This document shows positions 1 through 12,368 of a DNA stretch of 64,000 nucleotides, piece after piece (the first letter of the stretch is position 1; each line of letters opens with the position of its first letter). Made by a program: the position numbers and the translations under genes. The stretch covers positions 45,012,001 to 45,076,000 of the forward strand of contig OZ286467.1 in NCBI GenBank assembly GCA_965644265.1, read 5' to 3'. The DNA comes from Glycera tridactyla. Its lineage: Eukaryota. Under the pieces are notes generated by a model. That model was not told the origin of the DNA. It was given only the letters and a program-made list of their open reading frames with translations, and ran no database searches.

Positions 1-3000
1 TGGACAGTATTTATAAGAAGCAGGTGGATGAGAGATCTTCACATGTCACTCTATGATGGAATACTCGTTGTATAAAATAAATGACAAAACACACATTCAA
101 TAGATATAAATGATGTTTATTTCATTGAGAAGAAGGCAAGTCTTGGTGCACCACACATCCACCAGGGGGCACACACATGTATAACATTCATTTTGATTGG
201 ATAAGAAAACACATATCAATCAGTTGGATGATAACACACATAACATAACGCCTATTCTGATTGGAGGAACATGCTGAGATATGGCTTTAATAGCATGCAC
301 AGCGGACAGGGGGTGGGGGTGAATAGCTAAGATAGTAATAGTAGTAGTAGTAAGGGTAAGCATGTTCATGCCACATACATTATCAGCTGATCACCACATC
401 ATTGTTTAACTTTTTCCTATCACTCACATGGCATATTCAGATGGAATCTGATCCGTTGAATGATATTAGAAAGACAGATTGAGGGAGTATTTTACAATTG
501 TCCCTGGCTTCAATGCAGCGACTAGATATAACAAAACATGAATCTTATGAGTGGCTGCTTTGTATTTCGACTTCTTTTCAGGGTCATCTCAGATTCATGG
601 ACCTATACTTAAATAATTAGGCATGACCTCCACTCAATACATAAGATTGGGGGGATCTTGTCAACTGTATGGATGCCATCAAAGTTGATCGATTACAGGG
701 AAACATAATTGCAATGAAAGCACTTGATTTGGCGACCCCAACCTGATTTCATGGTAGGTGGCCTAAACACATCCTGATCATACACAAAGTAGATTACTGA
801 TGTCTGGAAATAATGCGTGGAGATAGCACACCCAGAAATATCATAGACTGTTTTCGGGAGTAACCCAATGGTGAGAATCAGTAACATCAACAATTTGAAA
901 GTAAAGCTAGCCACATCCCATGGACCCACCTGCACACACTATGACGGGCCATGAGCCATCACAGATGACAGCCGTTCCCGCCAATATCTAGCCTACATGA
1001 AATCATATCTAAATTCATCTCATTTTCAGACAGGTTATACAACTGAACTGATCACTTACGTGATTTATTTCAGCTTCATCGATGCCAAGTTACTCTCCAA
1101 GATGAGTGGATTCCCATATCTGTGGAAAATCAGTTAGCTGGGATGCAGTGATGTGATGGTGCAATGTAAGCAATAAGGAGGAAAAATGCTATTAGCTATG
1201 TTGATGACAAACATGCAGGGCATGAGATGACAGAACAATGTCACAATGAGAATGGATAGTGAGGACATGCGGAACAGACATCATTTCCTGATGGCTGTGG
1301 TGTTAGCGAAATGGTGAGTTTTGTACAATGAAAGACAGATGAGGAAAATACTCCCCGAGGATGAATAACAAAGCAGGACAGCAGCAAAGAAATCATTATT
1401 GAATCCCATCCTGTAAAACCGTGATCTTACAACATCAGAATGTCACCTTCACCCCACATACTGCTGTAGCCATTGGACAGAATGAATCATCGAGAATTGT
1501 ACTCACTATGTATACGTGCAACACTGAATGCCCTAAATTATCAAAACCTTCACACTGGATGTGAAACATTGTCACGAACTATGTAATTTCGTGACACTTC
1601 CACCCAATTTTCGAACTGTTTTATCACTCACATAGGTTAATACATCATTCTTGTTGGAAACCATCAAAGATTCAGTGGGGAAGGAATCAATATTTCGTTG
1701 AACGGTCATCCTAAGACTAATTCCAAAAGGTGATGATTGGTCAGATACTCTATAATGAAAAGCGACTACAAATCAGCGATAAAATGTTCCATGTGATCCA
1801 ATGGAGATGCAGCATCATACAATGAACGAAAATGGAAGATGATTACACCAGATACTGACACATACGTGAGATATGAACCGATGTGATCATACATCAATAC
1901 CTCATTGTTTCACCATGTATCATGCGTACAAGTTCAGGTTTCCGAACTCAACTGATAGATGCGATTGAAGCCAGTACATAAAAGCACTTAACGAGAATCC
2001 TATACACCACCAATTAGCACTGCTTGAAGACTGGATATTCAATTGAACAACTAAATATTATTCTATCTCACATGAATGTGTTTTTCACTTTTGAAGCTCT
2101 TTGCTCTGTACAAGTGTCAAAATTGCTGATTGGGATCATGCTGGACCCCAGGCATTCTGTATCATCTCAACTATGTTTAGTCACTGGCGAACATAGAGGC
2201 CCAGATATATTCATATTGAAGGACGACAGGTGCCAATCAAATATCAATCACCACGCCATCACTGTCTCCTCACAGAAGCTGATGTGCAGGGCATCACATG
2301 CTGAATTATATAGGATTCTCACTTAGTACTGGCACAACAAGAAACAAGTGGCAAGGCATAATGAATAGCATTTTGAGCAAGCCAGAGGCGGACGCAGCAA
2401 GCCAACCTCTGTTAGATCAGTCTCCGTACCATGGCAGGAAGTGAGTGGGTGGGTGGGTGCATCAAAGTTGGTTGAGAATACATCGAACATGCTACTTGGG
2501 AAGTTGGTTGGTTGATTGGTGCTTGTCCAATGTCACACCAGTGATATTCATGGTATATTTCGATGCCCTGACCATCCACGGCTCCTTCTGAGCACTAACA
2601 GAAGGCGAACCTCTATGGAATTCAGACATTTTACATGTCGTTTCTAGTATTATGGATGTTGATAACAGTGTCACCCTGCAAAAATGGGATTGATCCATAT
2701 GGCTTCTACTCATGCAGGTGGTTCTGGCCACTGTGTCATGCAGTGAAGATGGGCCGGGTCTTCACTTCATGGCCTAGAACTAGTTACGCAGGTCACTGGG
2801 CCACTTCCATATTCATTCAGAAAATACTACCTCAACCAATATCTTCCTTTCGATCGAAAGAAACTATCTGTATAAGAAGAATGTACTTCAGTATCGGATC
2901 GTTTCATTCTGGCTATTGTGACACAGATAAATGTTCAGTTCATGTCCAGAGTTAAATATCTAGTTCTCATTCTCACATGGAGGTAGTGATCTGAAATCGA

Positions 3001-3269
3001 TACCAGAAATGGGTCTTGGTCAAGTCCAAATGATAAAACCTATTTCTGACCAAATTTCCAGTCTGCATGCAAAACAGGGAGCTATGAATTAGCAAATACA
3101 CAGCAAACAGTGATAAACAAGTACACAAGCTGAAATAGCTATTCATTTTGACACTTATCCAACAAGGCATCAGTGATGCGGGGTCCCCCGCCGATCTGGG
3201 ACTATGACAGTGAGCACCTCTGCTTCCCGAACTGCGCAGAAAAACTGTGTTGGTTTTTCTTCATATGGG

Positions 3270-5783
3270 GTCGACAATGTGCATGCCATTATGGAGTGTT
3301 TCAAGTATGCCCATGGGCAGCCGATCACTTCGCCCAATCCCAGAATAAATGTGCCAGTGCACATATAGACAATGAGAAAGATCAATAAGATATGATTTGG
3401 TATGTATCAGTGCATTTGTTTTGAATACATGGGTTCTGCACAGCGCATGCCATCCTGAAGTGTTTGAGGCTCTTCAAGAAGATGCTTCCAGAAAGGTTGA
3501 TTGAGTGTGGATTGGTGCAGCAGTCCACACTACATGGGTTCCTATAAGTCTATACCATCGACCATTTCAAATGTCAATGGGCAGCCTATGCTATCCATCA
3601 CTTGCCCAAACCCATGATAAAGATGTCAGTGCACAGCTACACATGAAGACACTTCAGGGAAAGTTCATTCGATGTGGATCGGTGAAGCTGTTTTAGAGAG
3701 ACGAGTTCCATTAAGTCCAAATAAGAGTGCATGCCATATTGAAGTCCTTCAGACATTTCAACTGCCCATGGGCAGCCCATTGCATGTACAAATCTGTAAT
3801 AAATCTGCCATTGCACACCTACACATCAGGACGCTTCAGGAAAACTTTATTCTGTGTGAATCGGTGGAGCGGTTGTGGAGATACGAGTTCTGCAAAGTGT
3901 GGATGAGAGTGCCTAGCATTCAGACATATCACCTGCCCGAGGGCAGCCCATCACATGGCCGAAGCCAGAATAAATGGGCCAGTGCACACCTACACATCAC
4001 GGCACTTCTAGGAAACTTGATTTGGTGTGAATCGGTGCAGCCATTATGGAGATATGAGTTCCGCAAAATCTTTGATGAGTGTGTATACCATGCTGAAGTT
4101 TTTCAGACATTTCAACTGTCCATGGGCAACTCATCACATGCTCGATTCCAGAATAAATGTGCCAGTGCACACCTACACACCAAGACGTTTCCAGGAAACT
4201 TGATTGGGGCAGCAGGTATGGAGAGTTCCGCAAAACCTTGATGGAAGTATGTACCATCCTGAACTCATGTCATTAATGCAGTTTCGACTGCATTGGTGAC
4301 ATGCACTGACACATGCTGGGGATCCTTATATTTCAGCATGATCAAAGGGAATGATCTCAAGGTCAATGTAGTATGCATATACAAACATGATTGGGCTTCA
4401 AAATAGGTTGGTTCAATTGTCTGTATCCAAGGTTATGGTTGCCATGGCAACCAACAAAGTAGAGAATTGTCCCTGAAATCACACATTCTGCAATTTCGCC
4501 ATGAGTTTCCAGTGGCTAGATATGAATGTTGCATGTAGTTATATTCAGGTACTTGGCCTCTAACAGATCATGTGGGGGGCTACTTGAATTTCCTTTTAGT
4601 TTTCACAATTTTCAATGACAAATGCCCACTGAAATTGAAAAATTGACTTTTTTCCATCTTTCTTCCATGATATCATGCAAAAATATTCTGAAATCTCGGT
4701 AGCCCCCCCCCCCCCCCCCCCCCCCCCAATGCACCGATAGAGACCTCCAAGATGAACAAAATAATGTGCTCCTTTTGTATGTAACCCCCAGGACTCATTC
4801 CGGATTTCAAAAATGTGTGATTCCAGGTGAAAACTCTTGGTTGCCATGGTTGCCATGGCAACCAAACCATGAACTAATTTGTTGAACTCTGCTCAAATAA
4901 AAGCTGAACCTTTCAGGTCATATGATGATCAGGGAAGTGTCATGTAAGAGAAAGATATTCATGCTCAGAATATGAAATAAACATGAATGAGCAGGATCAT
5001 GTTTGAGTATACCATGGACTGCATTAATGACATGAGAAGTTTTTCAGATATTGAAAGGCCCAAAACCATGATAAGCATGCCAGTGCACACCTACACATCG
5101 AGATGCTTCTAGGAGATTTGATTTGGTGTGAATCGGTGCAGCCATTGTGGAGATATGAGTTCCACAAAATCCTGATGACATCCTGAAGTTTTTCACATTT
5201 CACCTGCCCGTAGGCAGGCAATCACATGCCCAATTCCAGAATAAACATGCCAGTGCACACCTACACATCAAGACGCTTCCAGGAAACTTGATTTGGTGTG
5301 AATCGGTGCAGCCATAGTGGAGATATGAGTTCCGCAAAATCCTGATGACATCCTGAAGTTTTTCACATTTCACCTGCCCGTTGGCAGGCAATCACATGCC
5401 CAATCCCAGAATAAACATGCCAGTGCACACCTACACATCAAGACGCTTCCAGGAAACTTGATTTGGTGTGAATTGGTGTAGCCATAGTGGAGATATGAGT
5501 TCTGCAAAATCCTGATGACATCCTGAATTTTTCACATTTCAGCTGCCCGTGGGCAGGCAATCACATGCCCAATTCCAGAATAAACATGCCAGTGCACACC
5601 TACACATCAAGACGCTTCCAGGAAACTTGATTTGGTGTGAATCGATGCAGTGGTTCCAGAGATACAGGTTCTGCAAAGTTGGCATGCGCGGACGAACACC
5701 AGACGGACACCGGACGGACGGACGGACGGACGGACAGACGCCCACTATTTTATAGTCCCCCTTCCGGTGTCCCGGCAGGGGAC
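3270..5783 (+). mobile_element. Helentron-associated (HINE, DINE-1/pearl-like) non-autonomous element with tandem core array
   Basis: Tandem units of about 170-180 bp (anchor catgccagtgcacacc at 5076, 5246, 5416, 5585; diverged copies at 3270-4263). These are followed by (GGAC)n at about 5711-5737 and a terminal hairpin GTCCCCCTTCCGG-TGTC-CCGGCAGGGGAC at 5755-5783. This order matches known HINE architecture. Confidence 0.7.
4264..5036. mobile_element. 773-bp MITE nested in the tandem array
   Basis: Perfect 19-bp TIRs CTCATGTCATTAATGCAGT (4264-4282) and ACTGCATTAATGACATGAG (5018-5036). The array unit catcctgAAgttttt is split with AA duplicated (4262-4263, 5037-5038). Imperfect subterminal inverted repeats are also present. 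Confidence 0.8.
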
Positions 5784-7586
5784 AATAAACCCTGAAGATA
5801 GCCAATAATTGAAACATTGGGTATGGGGAATACATGGTAAAACATGTACTGACAGAAAACCCGCTATCAAAATGAGATGTATCTCTGTGAGAAGCAGATA
5901 CCCTGCTGATACTTTATGTTATATCTTGTTTTGCCATATAAACCAGTTGAATGTCTGATAAAGATAACACCACATAGGACATCAGCCCAACAGATCCCTA
6001 GGCATCAATCTGGGTGTTCACATAAAGAACCAATCACCACCCGGAACTGAACACTGGTAGGGTGTTTCCAAGTTTCTTACCTCTAAAATTTTGCAACCGA
6101 CATGAAACGACCTGTTATCCAGACGATTCCAGTTTGCTTAACACAATGTCCAGTCATCAACATGTGGTAAAGCATTCCTCGTGAGACTTGATCTGTCCTC
6201 GAGGAAAGACAGGAGTGACTTACAAACAAGGAACCAGAGAAAGAATATCCCTTTTAGCCTACAGACCTTGGAACAAAGTTACGACCTTGTATCAGTGCCA
6301 CTGCCCAGTAGTAGGGAGTAGCATTGTAGCAACTGAAGATAAGCGCTACTGCCATGATAATGACTGGCAATATAGGCTCATCCCTGGCCAAGGACAACAC
6401 GGACCAGCACAGGGCTACATTCGATAGACTATATCACAATGGTCTACGGATTACACATAAACATGCAAATCAATAATCTCTCATTTTTTTGTGCAAAAAC
6501 GTATTTGTTACAGTTTTCGAAGCAGACAGGGAGATGCAAAACTATGGGTGAATAATAGCGGTAAGTTCTCTCCCAACATTCATGAATGTGATTGTGAATA
6601 ATCGGTTCCCACATCAACCACACCTGTATCTTGTTCAATAGGTAATGGTAGTTGGAAGCGACATAAATGTCCCTATGGATGAACACTATCACATTGACAG
6701 CACCTGCATCTTGTTCTCCAATTGGAAACCCAATCAGATATTGATTCGACATGAAGTGGTCCATTGATCAAATTATCGGAGGTACTTTTGTGATACTGGA
6801 AAAGTCTCATACAGTTCCAGGAAATATAAAAGTCCATTGATCTGGAAAACAACTACCCACCAAATATAACAGCTGGTTCAAGTAAGCAGATCAGCTGTGT
6901 CCACTACATACTCATATGGTGAAATCTGCTAAAGCCATTCTATGTGTGAAGGCAAGTCTTCCATTTCAAACCCAGGACGCTCCTCAGCCAAGTCGAAATT
7001 CTATGAGCACAACAGACAGGACTTTATCTGGCCACTGTTCAACCTGGTATGCTCAGAGGCCAATCAAAACATAAGATATGAGAACAAATCTTGACAATTA
7101 CTTAACCTACAAGCTATAAATAACATGGATAATCCACTCGAAATAAGAAATTATATGTATATATATATAACAACAAAAATGATCATAACATAAATTCAAC
7201 ACCTAACAAGTGGATGAATGAAATTTATCCTTAACCAGATTGGTAAACTATCCAGCGACGTGAGCAAACTTATTCATAGTAGCATTCAACCAGGCTCCAA
7301 TGCAACCAGGTTGAATGTGGTACAGCCACATGCAATTGAATTATGAGTTCTACATATTTTGAGCAAGACTTAATTTCCATACAATTATGTCCATTGACAG
7401 AGTGACATATGTTTGGATGAGCCAGACACGACTATCTGCAACAGTGATATTGTATTCCCTAGATTCAATGAAGATGTATCTTGCTTGCACCTAACTGATA
7501 CTTAGTGCTGCAATAAAAAAAATCTGTAATGTCTAAATGAGAGGGATGAGAGCCTGCTTACCACCAATGATGACATCTATATATTC

Positions 7587-7589
<3 letters not shown>

Positions 7590-7642
<53 letters not shown>
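7590..7642. repeat. (TA)n microsatellite
   Basis: Seen directly. Confidence 0.98.
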
Positions 7643-7646
<4 letters not shown>

Positions 7647-10093
7647 ATTGTACAGAAGAAAAACATTCTTGATCTCCCATGCAAATGTTATGCAGATCAT
7701 ATTGATCAGCAATGAGTGAATATACATCTTCACAAGTACCTTACACAAATTGATTCGAAAATAAAAAATACACTGAAGAATAAGTCATGTTAACATCAAC
7801 AATGATTTAAACAATCGGGGATAATTGATAAGCATGAAGATGATAGTGATAAATAAAGTTGAGATATTTAACAACAGTTTACACTGGTGAGGACAGGATG
7901 AGGCAGTAATGAGAGGTTTTTCATGCAAAATATCATTTGAGTTGACAAATCTAGAAGATTTCATAATTTACACAAATGCTGTCGATTATGATCATAAATA
8001 CACGGAGAAATATATATGTATGTATATGTATATATGTATGATTCATGCAGATAATGGAGAGCTAATACAAAATGTCATATGTCAGCCCAGTTCTGCCAAG
8101 CAGTAGTGGGGACATAAACACTAACATTAATAACCTTCCCTGCAATCAACTAGAAAAGCTATGACATCTAAACCAACCACTGGGTATATCAAGCTACAAG
8201 AAGCTTGAATCAGTAGATTATTACAGTCGATGATGACTTATCCAAACAGGTTTACAACTTCACGAATAAATCAATCATGATTTCCACACCATCATCGTAA
8301 TGATTCACAATTACCACTACTTCCGTACATCATATATAAACTAAGTATCATGAATTCGCTCAATCTGTGGTCGATTATAATTTGGTAGCACATACTAGTT
8401 AACTTGCTCATATGTCTCACGACGTGAGGCTATTGAAAATCTGAAAAAATGCAACTGAAATTGAAACCATGACCTGTACCAACTCTGAACACTATATGTG
8501 GTACCAGTGTTAATCAGTTGGATATATTCTGACTCAGTTCATTTCATCCCATTATTTTCCATCTCAGTATGACTCCAAATTCATGTACTTTCTCCTCATA
8601 CATGTACTTAGCAAAGCTCCATTCAGTCAGGATAATTGAATGAAATGGTTTGTGGGCCCAAAGTTGCATTTCATGAATCAAAAGAGCTTATCATCAAGCA
8701 AGCGTCTGCCATCATAGTAAAAAATGGCGTGAAATGATACCTTAAGGGTAGCTGGCATAGTGGAAGTGTTGAGAACAATGTGCAGATTCTATTATCACAA
8801 ATATCAACCAACACTCAACCAACTTAAAATATTCAATGTGTAAGTGCCCCCGTCTTGGGTAACTGATTCGTTGAAATATACCCACTGAGTTGCATGTTGT
8901 AGTGTACACACCAACAACTTATCCACATACACAACACCAGATACGTATTATAAAGAGATATCACAAGGTCTGGTTTGGGGTATTGAAGTTTTGGATTAAA
9001 GAACATCGATCGTCGATAAAGAGCACACTTCATGAACAACCCCAAATCATTATGCTTGATGTAGCTGGAAACCCTCAAGCAGAATAAAGAAAGAAAGAGG
9101 TTCAATACATGCGAATAATAATAATAATAATGATATATAATGGCAACATTTCCATCTCGATCGATAGTTTGCATGCATAAATTCAGTTTTGATAACTGAT
9201 GATATGGCTTCAAACATAAAAGAATTAGTACCAGCAAAGATAAATTCAACATATTCAATAAACAGAACTATGCTCCATAAACAGATATCAAAAACACCTC
9301 AACCAACAGAAAAGAATCAGCTGTCATTCTGCTTACCAACATTGCACATTGGACAATATGAACATTTCAATGGATTCATATACCAATGTATCATATTTCA
9401 TTTGATGCAAAGCACACAAAGATTTGCAACACTATTCAGGTAAATGATATGAGTCACAATTTCTCATACTAGCGATAACAGTTTTATCTCTGTAAGGTGC
9501 AACCAACATTCTATGACACTGAGGCACATTTCTCTCAAATTCAACAGCATGAATTTTGTTGTGCAAAACATTGGAAGGTATCCAACAAGATGCTATGATA
9601 CAACTGCCTGAGGTACACCCTTCAACCTACCTGGATTTTGCAGCAGAGCCATATTTTCTCTGTCAGAATAAAAAAAGAGACCAGCCAACAATATTAAGAT
9701 AAACCCATTAAAGTGTTTCTAAGAGAAGAGTGAACCTCTGCTATATAATTACTCCATTACCTTCGGAATGAGTATATAGGTACCATCAGAAGAACTTGAT
9801 ATTATATCAACATACTACTCTTCTCAATGCTGATAATCGATCTTGCTTGTACTCTGGCTCAGTCATATCAGGTAACAAAATTCCAGCGGGTACAATGTCT
9901 CAGAAACATAACAACCAACAGAAACAATTCAAACACTGATCCAGGCCTCATGTCCCAACAATATAAAAATAAAACAACTTTTCTGCAAAACAATGAACAA
10001 TCACTCCTCATCATTTGCTCTTGTCCAAACAAACATACATGTTTTAACTCTTACAACCACACACTCAATCAAAAAGCATGAAGAATGTATCTA

Positions 10094-10096
<3 letters not shown>

Positions 10097-10142
<46 letters not shown>
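10097..10142. repeat. (AC)n microsatellite
   Basis: Seen directly. Confidence 0.98.
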
Positions 10143-10144
<2 letters not shown>

Positions 10145-12220
10145 TCAATCATCTTCAATTTTTTCATATTCCTTTCGAACCCTTCCCCACAAGCCTAGAT
10201 GGGGATAAGGGCAGACACTCTCATGGATGTCCCAAATCTTGATAGAGCCCTGACAATTCTATTGCGGGTCAACTTCAAAAAATCTTAGCAGATCTTCTCG
10301 AATATTGATGGTGCTGTTCATCTCATAGGCAAGCGACTTTCAGTCAAAATTGCAGCATGATTGACACAATATAGTGGCCAATACATACACCTACTCTATC
10401 TTTCCATCATTCTCTTCCACCCTTCTTACTGTCTATCTCAGACACATACACACAATTGGAGACTACAGACAGATAATAGCTAGAGAGATAGATGGACAGC
10501 CAAAATCTGTTCGCAAACATGCAAACATGTGGACCTTCACACATGCTCAGTTGGTTCACTAGACCCGGAAATCATAACTTACCTCCAACAGATGATTCAC
10601 ATACAATGCCATGTTTCAAGATAAGATATGATTCACATGGTTTACTTTCATTTCCCACGCAAGTTCAGATAAAACCACCTTTGGGCAGTGGGTAACATAC
10701 AATAGCACACATGATGCGGATGATAGGCATTGTTCCATGAACTGCTCTTGATTTTTTTTCCCATATTCTCCATTATGCTAGGACAACAGGGACTACTATT
10801 GGAGATTGAATTCAAAACTGAGACAATACTCAATCATGTACACATACATAGTAGTCACAATTGGCGGTCATAAATGAACAAGTCATTCATTCTTTCTACT
10901 ATATCAAGAGGAACAATATATAGCATTGTTTCTTAGAAATTTGATACAGTTCGTAAAACTCCATTTTGGGGGAATACTATTTACCCATACTCAGATAGCA
11001 TGAGTTGTTCATCGTCATCTGAGTAGCATTCCATGTTAAAAGTCCCTCACAATGGAAGAGAATCACGTTTTCCACTATCATTGAACATGCCAGCAATTGA
11101 GAGTGAAGACATTACACAATGCAACCTCTATGAATATGAAAATATGTAGATCTGTATTGCTGAAACAGAACTGCGAGAAGCATGTGAAGTGAAGCCATGA
11201 TCAATGATCAATGAAGATTACATGTAGTGCAGCTGACAATTCAGACATGGATTGCTATCATGCATATCCTCTCATTGATGCCTGCCTCAGAAGATTCAGT
11301 CCGGTCGGCAACATCTAAAGTTCTGTGTAGTCATTTACCTTCCAGGAGCTGACGCACCATCCACGTATTCACTCAAGCATGAAAGGACTACTCAACATAC
11401 ATCTGACTATTGTAGAACAAACCATCATTGTTTGTAGTATGGAGATAATCGTCTATGAGAAGTAAATTAACATATGACTACAAATTGTAGCCCTTATCAA
11501 CCACATTTGAAGAATATCAGTCACACCCTTGTCAGTACTAGTATTTACATATGCAACACTTAAAGCTCAATTTTAATAAACTTGCTAAAAACCACCAATA
11601 AATACCAAATGTATGACAAACTGCATTCATTGAAAGTTATGACATTCCTCGGTCATCGGGTCTATAATTTTCAAGTACTGTTTTACCCCTGATAAAATAA
11701 AATGATCAACAGTAGAATATTTTGCAATACACATTTATGAGAAATGCAAAACGTTCCTCTCATGCCGCAACATCACTTCGTATGGAGTTGAATGTTGTAC
11801 ATATCTCACATTGGATCACATCACAATGTTGATGCAAACCAGTATCCTTTTCTCATGCTGAATCGGTCACAAACACTATGTACATTAGACTGCCTCTATT
11901 CCGTCATTTCACTTGATATTTGGCTGATGGATCTGATTAGAAGTCATACAAAGGAATGCTGGAAATGTCCTTGTCTGTATTATCATCTTACTAATGATCA
12001 CACATAGCTTGCTGATAATCAAGCCTCAAACATACACTCTGTATATAACTGAATAGGCCCTCATCTGACCCGACATCTATTTGTGTATTTCTTGGATATC
12101 TTTCATGACTTTCATGATATTGTTCTAAATTGGGATATATTGAGCAAATCCTTTTGATGAATCAAATGAAAACAGTCCTCATCTTACTCTTGAAAAATCA
12201 TTTCTATGTATGACTAATAT

Positions 12221-12368
12221 ATATGTATATATACACATATATATTGAATCTCATATCCGATCAAGATCGTTCCCAGAACTTACGAATTTAACCAATTTAT
12301 ATGTATATATACACGTATATATTGAATCTCATATCCGATCAAGATCGTTCCCAGACCTTACGAATTTG
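12221..12368 (+). repeat. 78-bp tandem duplication
   Basis: attgaatctcatatccgatcaagatcgttcccaga occurs at 12243 and 12321. Confidence 0.9.

Noticed and set aside
1570-1596. 9-bp perfect inverted repeat TGTCACGAA/TTCGTGACA
   Set aside because: Short enough to be expected by chance in 64 kb, with no supporting context.
3672-4241. 189-aa ORF
   Set aside because: It runs through three diverged units of the tandem array, the neighbouring units contain stops, and there are no splice signals or recognisable domain.
8800-9080. Protein-like minus frames (YVSGVVYVDKLLVCTLQHATQWVYFNESVTQDGGTYTL and ORF 8833..9258)
   Set aside because: Bounded by stops with no usable acceptor in the better frame; no family recognised.
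10575-10830. Consensus minus-strand donor GAG|GTAAGT
   Set aside because: All frames hit stops before any plausible acceptor.
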